Shown piece after piece: positions 16,896-22,765 of a stretch of 64,000 nt of DNA. Below the pieces are notes generated by a model, which did no database searches, had not been told where the DNA came from, and saw nothing but the letters and a program-made list of their open reading frames with translations. This DNA comes from an uncultured Bacteroidales bacterium (GTDB lineage: Bacteria; Bacteroidota; Bacteroidia; Bacteroidales; Paludibacteraceae): assembly GCA_900317885.1 (NCBI GenBank), contig ONIM01000006.1:6975-70974 (forward strand), read 5' to 3'. Each line of letters opens with the position of its first letter. Position 1 is the stretch's first letter. A program made the translations under genes and the position numbers.

Positions 16896-18391
16896 TACTC
16901 AGCGAATTATTAAAAGTTATCGAGCCGATAGAGGTGATCGGCGGGACGGAAAAAGAGATCAAGGGTCTGCATTTTGACAGCCGTAAGATCGGAGAAGGTG
17001 ACTTATTCGTTGCCCAGATCGGCACAGCAGTAGATGGTCACACGTTCATTGATGGTTGTGTCGAAAAAGGGGCAGCGGCGGTGGTACTTTCCAAGAGAGA
17101 GTATATAAGCCCCCACCTGACCTCCCCCATGAAGGGGGAGGAAGGTAAGTGCACCTTCATCTTGGTCGAGAACACGGATAAGGCGTTGGGATTGCTGGCG
17201 AGCAAGTGGTTTGGCGAGCCGAGTAAGGCGTTGACGCTGGTCGGCGTGACGGGTACGAACGGCAAGACCACTATCGCGACGCTGTTGTACAAACTCGTTC
17301 GGGCGTTAGGACATAAGGCGGGACTGCTGTCCACCGTGGTCAATTATATCGAGGATGAGGCGGTGCCTGCGACGCACACGACGCCGGACGCGATTGAGTT
17401 GAACGGATTGCTGAGACGGATGGTGGACGCCGGTTGCGAGTACGCGTTTATGGAGGTGAGTTCGCACGCGATTGCGCAAGAACGAATAGCGGGTCTGGAT
17501 TTCGACGGGGCACTGTTTACCAACCTGACGAGGGATCATATTGACTACCATAAGACTTTTGACAACTACCGGGATACAAAGAAAAGGCTTTTTGACGGAC
17601 TGAAGAAGGGGGCTTTTGCGGTGACGAACAAGGATGACAAGAACGGGTTGGTGATGACGCAGAACTGCAAGGCGGAAGTGAAGACCTACTCCACCCGCTC
17701 GCTGGCGGACTATAAGGCACAGATTTTGGAGGAAGGATTTGAGGGTATGATGCTGAATATCAACGGCAAAGAGGTTTTCGTGCCGCTGGTAGGACGATTC
17801 AACGTCAGCAATCTGCTGTGTATCTACGGCGCGGCGCTGTGTCTGGGATTTGAAGAGCTGGAGGTGCTGCGTGTGCTGAGCACGTTGAAACCGGTTAACG
17901 GTCGGTTTGAGACAATCAGAAGCCCGAAAGGCTGGACGGCGATTGTCGATTACGCCCACACGCCGGACGCGGTAGATAATGTGATTCAGACGATAAGGGA
18001 GATCATTGGAAGTGACAAAGTGACAAAGGACCAAGGACCAAGAAAACTGATCACGGTGGTCGGTTGCGGCGGGAACCGGGACAAGGGTAAACGACCGATG
18101 ATGGCGCAGATTGCAAAGAGGGGAAGCGAGCAGTTGATTTTGACGAGCGATAACCCGCGAGACGAAGAGCCGGCAGATATCTTGAATGATATGAAAGCAG
18201 GTTTGACGGAAGAGGAACTCAGGAGTACGTTGGTTATCGAGGACCGCGAGGCGGCTATCCAGACGGCTTGTATGTTGGCGCAGAAAGGCGATGTGATTCT
18301 GGTGGCAGGCAAGGGTCATGAGGACTACCAGATTATCAAGGGTGTCAAGCACCATTTTGATGATCATGAGATTGTGAGAAGATATTTATGA
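16892..18391 (+). CDS. murE: UDP-N-acetylmuramoyl-L-alanyl-D-glutamate--2,6-diaminopimelate ligase MurE
   Basis: The ATG at 16892 overlaps the ftsI stop (ATGA). P-loop GVTGTNGKTT and DNPR motif (TSDNPRDEEP). The upstream part of ORF 16748 is read-through inside ftsI. Confidence 0.93.
   Translation: MILSELLKVIEPIEVIGGTEKEIKGLHFDSRKIGEGDLFVAQIGTAVDGHTFIDGCVEKGAAAVVLSKREYISPHLTSPMKGEEGKCTFILVENTDKALGLLASKWFGEPSKALTLVGVTGTNGKTTIATLLYKLVRALGHKAGLLSTVVNYIEDEAVPATHTTPDAIELNGLLRRMVDAGCEYAFMEVSSHAIAQERIAGLDFDGALFTNLTRDHIDYHKTFDNYRDTKKRLFDGLKKGAFAVTNKDDKNGLVMTQNCKAEVKTYSTRSLADYKAQILEEGFEGMMLNINGKEVFVPLVGRFNVSNLLCIYGAALCLGFEELEVLRVLSTLKPVNGRFETIRSPKGWTAIVDYAHTPDAVDNVIQTIREIIGSDKVTKDQGPRKLITVVGCGGNRDKGKRPMMAQIAKRGSEQLILTSDNPRDEEPADILNDMKAGLTEEELRSTLVIEDREAAIQTACMLAQKGDVILVAGKGHEDYQIIKGVKHHFDDHEIVRRYL
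17110..17142 (+). repeat. GC-rich palindromic element copy 3 (CCCCCACCTGACCTCCCCC-ATGAA-GGGGGAGG), in frame in murE
   Basis: Read directly. Translated as SPHLTSPMKGEE. Confidence 0.9.
18012..18041 (+). repeat. Tandem 8/7-mers GTGACAAA x2 + GGACCAA x2 in frame in murE
   Basis: gtgacaaagtgacaaaggaccaaggaccaag. Encodes DKVTKDQGPR. Confidence 0.9.
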
Positions 18392-18418
18392 TTTATGATT
18401 TAGGATTTAGGATTTATG
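18384..18418 (+). repeat. 7-nt tandem array x5 (ATTTATG/ATTTAGG) spanning the murE stop and the mraY start
   Basis: atttatg atttatg atttagg atttagg atttatg. The murE TGA (18389-18391) and the mraY ATG (18416-18418) are both inside array units. Confidence 0.95.
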
Positions 18419-19687
18419 TTATATTCATTATTTACCCATTTTAGCGATGTGTTAGGTGCGCGGTTGTTCACCTATATCTCGTTCAGAGCTATTTTAGCGG
18501 GGGTCATCGGACTGCTCGTGAGTATCTGGTTTGGCGACCGGTTTATCAATTTCATGAAGCGCCATCACATCTCTGAGACGCAGCGGGACGAGAAGACCGA
18601 TCCGTTCAATGTAGCGAAAAAAGGTGTACCGACGATGGGTGGTCTGATTGTCATTGCGGCGATTCTGATTCCGTGTCTGCTATTAGGTAAGCTGACGAAC
18701 GTATATATGATTCTGATGCTCGTCACGACCCTTCTGATGGGGGCTCTGGGCTTTGCGGACGACTATATCAAGACGTTCAAGAAGAACAAAGACGGCCTGA
18801 ACGGATGGGTAAAGATTGCAGGGCAAGTGAGCTTGGGTCTGATTGTAGGTCTGACGTTGCGTTTCTGCCCGGCGGTGAGTATGAATGAGGTGGTGACAAG
18901 TCATATTGAGAACAATGTGGTGGTCGTTGAGAAAACGCCGGAGATCAAATCCACACAAACGACTATTCCTTTTGTGAAGCACCATAACTTCAATTATGCG
19001 GATTTGTTCAGTTGGACCGGCGAGAACAATAAGTACCGGTTCGGTTGGATTTTCTTCGTGTTCTTGACGGTTTTTGTAGTAGCGGCGGTTAGCAACGGCG
19101 CGAACCTGAACGACGGCATGGACGGCATGTGTGCCGGCAACTCGGCTATTATCGGCGTGGCGTTGCTGATTTTAGCGTACACGAGCGGTAGTGTTGTTTG
19201 GGCGGAGTATTTCGATGTGATGTACATCCCGGGTAGCGAAGAGTTGGTGGTATTTATGGCGGCTTTTGTAGGTGCGTTGGTGGGTTATCTGTGGTTTAAC
19301 GGGTTCCCGGCGCAGGTGTTCATGGGCGATACAGGAAGTCTGACGGTCGGCGGAATCATCGGCGTTTGCGCGATGGTTATTCATAAGGAACTGATGGTGC
19401 CGGTATTGTGCGGAATATTTTTGATGGAGAGCGTGAGTGTGATTCTGCAGACGCAGGTGTATAAGTACTATAAGAAACGCGGACAACATGTGCGGATCTG
19501 GAAGCGGACGCCGCTCCATGACCATTTCCGGACGAGCGTAGAGCAGGTGCTGAAGAACGATCCGACGTGCTCGATTGTGTTTAAGGGCAGCAAGAATCTG
19601 CACCACGAAACGAAGATCGTACTGCGTTTCTGCATTGTGACGCTGATTTTGGCGGCAATTACTATTTTGACACTGAAAATACGATAA
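18416..19687 (+). CDS. mraY: Phospho-N-acetylmuramoyl-pentapeptide transferase MraY
   Basis: 423 aa polytopic membrane protein. Motifs PTMGG, NLNDGMDG and MGDTGS. Confidence 0.95.
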   Translation: MLYSLFTHFSDVLGARLFTYISFRAILAGVIGLLVSIWFGDRFINFMKRHHISETQRDEKTDPFNVAKKGVPTMGGLIVIAAILIPCLLLGKLTNVYMILMLVTTLLMGALGFADDYIKTFKKNKDGLNGWVKIAGQVSLGLIVGLTLRFCPAVSMNEVVTSHIENNVVVVEKTPEIKSTQTTIPFVKHHNFNYADLFSWTGENNKYRFGWIFFVFLTVFVVAAVSNGANLNDGMDGMCAGNSAIIGVALLILAYTSGSVVWAEYFDVMYIPGSEELVVFMAAFVGALVGYLWFNGFPAQVFMGDTGSLTVGGIIGVCAMVIHKELMVPVLCGIFLMESVSVILQTQVYKYYKKRGQHVRIWKRTPLHDHFRTSVEQVLKNDPTCSIVFKGSKNLHHETKIVLRFCIVTLILAAITILTLKIR

Positions 19688-19689
19688 AT

Positions 19690-21000
19690 ATGAAGCGAAT
19701 CGTTGTTTTAGGAGCCGGAGAGAGTGGTAGCGGTGCTGCCATTCTGGCGAAGGAGAAGGGTTTTGATGTGTTTGTAAGCGACTGCGGGACGATTAGCGAC
19801 CCGTACCGCGCGTTGCTGGACCAGAACGGGGTTTCATGGGAAGACGGCAAGCACAGTGAGGAGTTGATTCTGAATGCCGACGAGGTGGTTAAATCGCCGG
19901 GTATTCCTCTGACGGCTCCGCTGATTCAGAAGCTGCAGGCACAAGGCACGCCGATCATCAGCGAGATTGAGTTTGCATCGAGATATACGAATGCGAAGAT
20001 GATCTGTATCACCGGTTCAAACGGCAAGACGACCACCACTTCGTTGATCTTCTATATCTTAAAACAAGCAGGTCTGAATGTGGGTCTGGCGGGCAATATC
20101 GGCAACTCGCTGGCGTTGCAAGTGGCGCATGAGGATCATGACTACTATGTGATTGAGTTGAGTTCGTTCCAGCTGGACAACATGTACGACTTCAAGGCGG
20201 ATGTCGCCATCTTGCTGAATATCACGCCGGACCACCTGGACCGGTACGACTATAAGTTCCAGAACTACGTCGATGCGAAGTTCCGTATCACGAGGAATCA
20301 AACGAAGGAGGACAGCTTTATTTATTGGGCGGAGGATCCGGTTATTGATAGAGAGATGAAGCGACTGCAGTTAGGCGCGACGCTTTATCCATACGGATTC
20401 ACGGTGCCTAATCCGCTGCCGGTGAGCGAAGAGGAGTTGGCGCTGAAGGGAAGGCATAATGTGCTGAACTCGATGGCAGCGACCATTGCGGCGAATGTAG
20501 TAGGAATCAAGAAAGAGGTCATCCGCGAGAGTCTGAAGACTTTCCAGGGGGTTGAGCACCGTTTGCAATACGTAGCGACCGTTCGCGGCGTGAGATGGAT
20601 CAACGACTCGAAGGCAACGAATGTGAACAGCTGCTGGTACGCGCTGGAGAGTATGACTACGCCGACCGTGCTGATTTTAGGCGGAAAGGACAAAGGCAAC
20701 GACTACAGCGAGATAGACGAGCTGGTGAATGAGAAATGCCACACCTTGGTATTCATGGGGCTGCATAATGAAAAGTTAAGAGAACATTTCGGGAAATTAG
20801 TCGAAAGTCAAAAGTCGAAAGTCGAAAGACCCATTCAAATCATTGATACCAACAACCTGCATGACGCGGTGCAAGCAGCTTATCACGCAGCGAAAGAAGG
20901 CGACACCGTGTTGCTGAGTCCGTGTTGCGCAAGTTTTGACCTCTTTAAGAGTTATGAGGACCGCGGCGAGCAGTTTATGGAGGCCGTTCGGAAGCTTTAA
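19690..21000 (+). CDS. murD: UDP-N-acetylmuramoylalanine--D-glutamate ligase MurD
   Basis: Rossmann-type MKRIVVLGAGESG, P-loop ITGSNGKTTT, C-terminal LLSPCCASFDLFKSYEDRG. Confidence 0.94.
   Translation: MKRIVVLGAGESGSGAAILAKEKGFDVFVSDCGTISDPYRALLDQNGVSWEDGKHSEELILNADEVVKSPGIPLTAPLIQKLQAQGTPIISEIEFASRYTNAKMICITGSNGKTTTTSLIFYILKQAGLNVGLAGNIGNSLALQVAHEDHDYYVIELSSFQLDNMYDFKADVAILLNITPDHLDRYDYKFQNYVDAKFRITRNQTKEDSFIYWAEDPVIDREMKRLQLGATLYPYGFTVPNPLPVSEEELALKGRHNVLNSMAATIAANVVGIKKEVIRESLKTFQGVEHRLQYVATVRGVRWINDSKATNVNSCWYALESMTTPTVLILGGKDKGNDYSEIDELVNEKCHTLVFMGLHNEKLREHFGKLVESQKSKVERPIQIIDTNNLHDAVQAAYHAAKEGDTVLLSPCCASFDLFKSYEDRGEQFMEAVRKL
20795..20831 (+). repeat. 7-nt tandem array (GTCGAAA x4, preceded by AAATTA) in frame in murD
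   Basis: aaattagtcgaaagtcaaaagtcgaaagtcgaaagacc. Encodes KLVESQKSKVERP. Near-identical to the array at 40421. Confidence 0.93.
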
Positions 21001-21031
21001 TGGCGCTAAATAAAGAAAAAAGACAATAAAA

Positions 21032-21063
21032 TTTGCATATATGCAAAAATTGTAGTAATTTTG
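21032..21063 (+). promoter_or_regulatory. Promoter: 16-nt palindrome TTTGCATATATGCAAA (contains -33 TTTG) plus -7 TAATTTTG
   Basis: TTTG at 21032 and TAATTTTG at 21056-21063, 20 nt upstream of the ATG at 21083. Confidence 0.5.
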
Positions 21064-21082
21064 CACGCAAAATTGTACAGAT

Positions 21083-21541
21083 ATGAAAACTATGATGAAA
21101 AAATGCGTATTTCTCGCGCTGATGGCAGTTGTGCTAATCGGTTTGAGCAGTTGCGAGAGAGAAAAGATTGTGTATGAGCCCTGCCAGTTCCACAAAGTGA
21201 ACGTGGATTTTCACGTGCCTCAGAGTGCATGGTCGTTTGATGCGGAGAACGGCTGGTACAGCTACTACTACGAGACGAAACAAATCACCGCATCCATCTA
21301 CGACTACGGAAACTGGACGATGAGTCATGAGTATAACCCCGGAACGGATGACGCGTTTCTTATTCAGTTGCCGGAGTTCCGGTTCCTGCAAGACGAGGGA
21401 ACGGGTGATTTCTACACGCAGCGCACCGATTATCAGGTGGGCGTGGGTTGTGTGATAGTCTATGTAACCAATTCGGACTATGCATATGAGCCGGGTTGGA
21501 AGCCGGATGAGATGTATTTCCACATGCAGATCACTTATTAA
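21083..21541 (+). CDS. Hypothetical lipoprotein
   Basis: MKTMMKKCVFLALMAVVLIGLSSCEREK lipobox. 152 aa, aromatic-rich. No recognised family. Confidence 0.65.
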   Translation: MKTMMKKCVFLALMAVVLIGLSSCEREKIVYEPCQFHKVNVDFHVPQSAWSFDAENGWYSYYYETKQITASIYDYGNWTMSHEYNPGTDDAFLIQLPEFRFLQDEGTGDFYTQRTDYQVGVGCVIVYVTNSDYAYEPGWKPDEMYFHMQITY

Positions 21542-21703
21542 AGACCGCAGCGAAGCTGCTAAAAGAAGAAAGACCGCTTCGCTAAAAGCATAAAGATTAA
21601 TATAGTCAGGAAGATATACATAGCAGGTCCCTGTTCGGCTGAGAGCCGCGCGCAGGTACTTGAGACCGCTGAAGAGTTATCAGCGGTCGGTTGTCCGTTA
21701 GGC

Positions 21704-22765
21704 GTGTCTTTTATTTTTCGCGCGGGCGTATGGAAGCCGCGCACGAGCCCGCACACGTTTCAAGGTGTGGGAGAAGAGGGGCTGGTGTGGCTCAAGGAAG
21801 TAAAGGAGCGTTATGGGATGGAGGTTGCTACAGAGGTGGCGACGCCTGAACATGTAGAGGCGGCCTTGAAAGCGGGAGTGGATTATTTGTGGATAGGCGC
21901 CAGGTCGTCTGCCAATCCCATTGCTGTGCAAGAGATTGCGACAGCGATAGGAGACCGGGTACGCCTGACAGAACACCGACCGGCTTCTTTACCCGCAGGG
22001 GGTACGATTATTTCGCCTGACAGGACACCGGCCAAGACGATATTAAAAGGTATCCTGATCAAGAATCCGGTGAATAACGATGCAGCCTTGTGGATCGGGA
22101 ATATCGAACGATTGGAGAAGACGGGTGTGCCGGTGATTGCGGTTCATCGAGGTTGCGGTCATCAGCCGTGTTGGGCGATGGCGCACGCGGTACGGTTGGC
22201 ACGGCCGGATATACCGATGTTGTTAGATCCGAGTCACATGAGCGGTGATGCAAAGAAAGTGCCGGAGCTGATGAAGAAGATTGAGGAGTTGGGTTTGGAC
22301 GGCGCGATGGTAGAAGTTCATTGCCGACCGGAGGAAGCTTTATCTGACGCCAAGCAACAGATAGAGCCCAGAACCTTAGCGGAGCTAATACCCTTCGGAG
22401 TAACTCGCCCCCTGCTCGACGAGTTTTGGCGTACCCCTTCGCCAAAACACGCCTCCGAGAGGGTATCATCTCCTAACACGAAAGAAGAAGGTAGAGAGAG
22501 AAGAGAAAATACAGAACTCAATTGGTTGCGTGCAGAGATAGACGAATTAGACAGCCGATTATGGGAGACGATTTCTGCGCGAATGGACGTCAGCCGGCGA
22601 ATCGGTATATGGAAGAAAGCACATGACGTAGCGCCGTTGCAACCCAAACGATTCCAACAATTGAGCGAACAAGTAGCACATTTTGCAAAGGAGAACGGTT
22701 TGTCTGCGAATTTTGCGCAAGAGGTATTAAAACTGATACACGAAGAGAGTCTTAAACAGCAATAA
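21704..22765 (+). CDS. 3-deoxy-7-phosphoheptulonate (DAHP) synthase type I-beta fused to C-terminal chorismate mutase. The true start is probably upstream and non-canonical.
   Basis: FRAGVWKPRTSPHTFQGVGEEGLVWLKEV, TEVATPEHVEAAL, LWIGARSSANP. C-terminal CM type II helices (LRAEIDELDSRLWETISARMDVSRRIG). The conserved IAGPCSAES lies in frame upstream of the listed GTG (see findings). Confidence 0.8.
   Translation: MSFIFRAGVWKPRTSPHTFQGVGEEGLVWLKEVKERYGMEVATEVATPEHVEAALKAGVDYLWIGARSSANPIAVQEIATAIGDRVRLTEHRPASLPAGGTIISPDRTPAKTILKGILIKNPVNNDAALWIGNIERLEKTGVPVIAVHRGCGHQPCWAMAHAVRLARPDIPMLLDPSHMSGDAKKVPELMKKIEELGLDGAMVEVHCRPEEALSDAKQQIEPRTLAELIPFGVTRPLLDEFWRTPSPKHASERVSSPNTKEEGRERRENTELNWLRAEIDELDSRLWETISARMDVSRRIGIWKKAHDVAPLQPKRFQQLSEQVAHFAKENGLSANFAQEVLKLIHEESLKQQ

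Noticed and set aside
21549-21583. Hairpin AGCGAAGC...GCTTCGCT after the 21083..21541 lipoprotein gene, considered as a terminator.
   Set aside because: It has an 8-bp stem but a 19-nt loop and no following T-run. Support is too weak to annotate.
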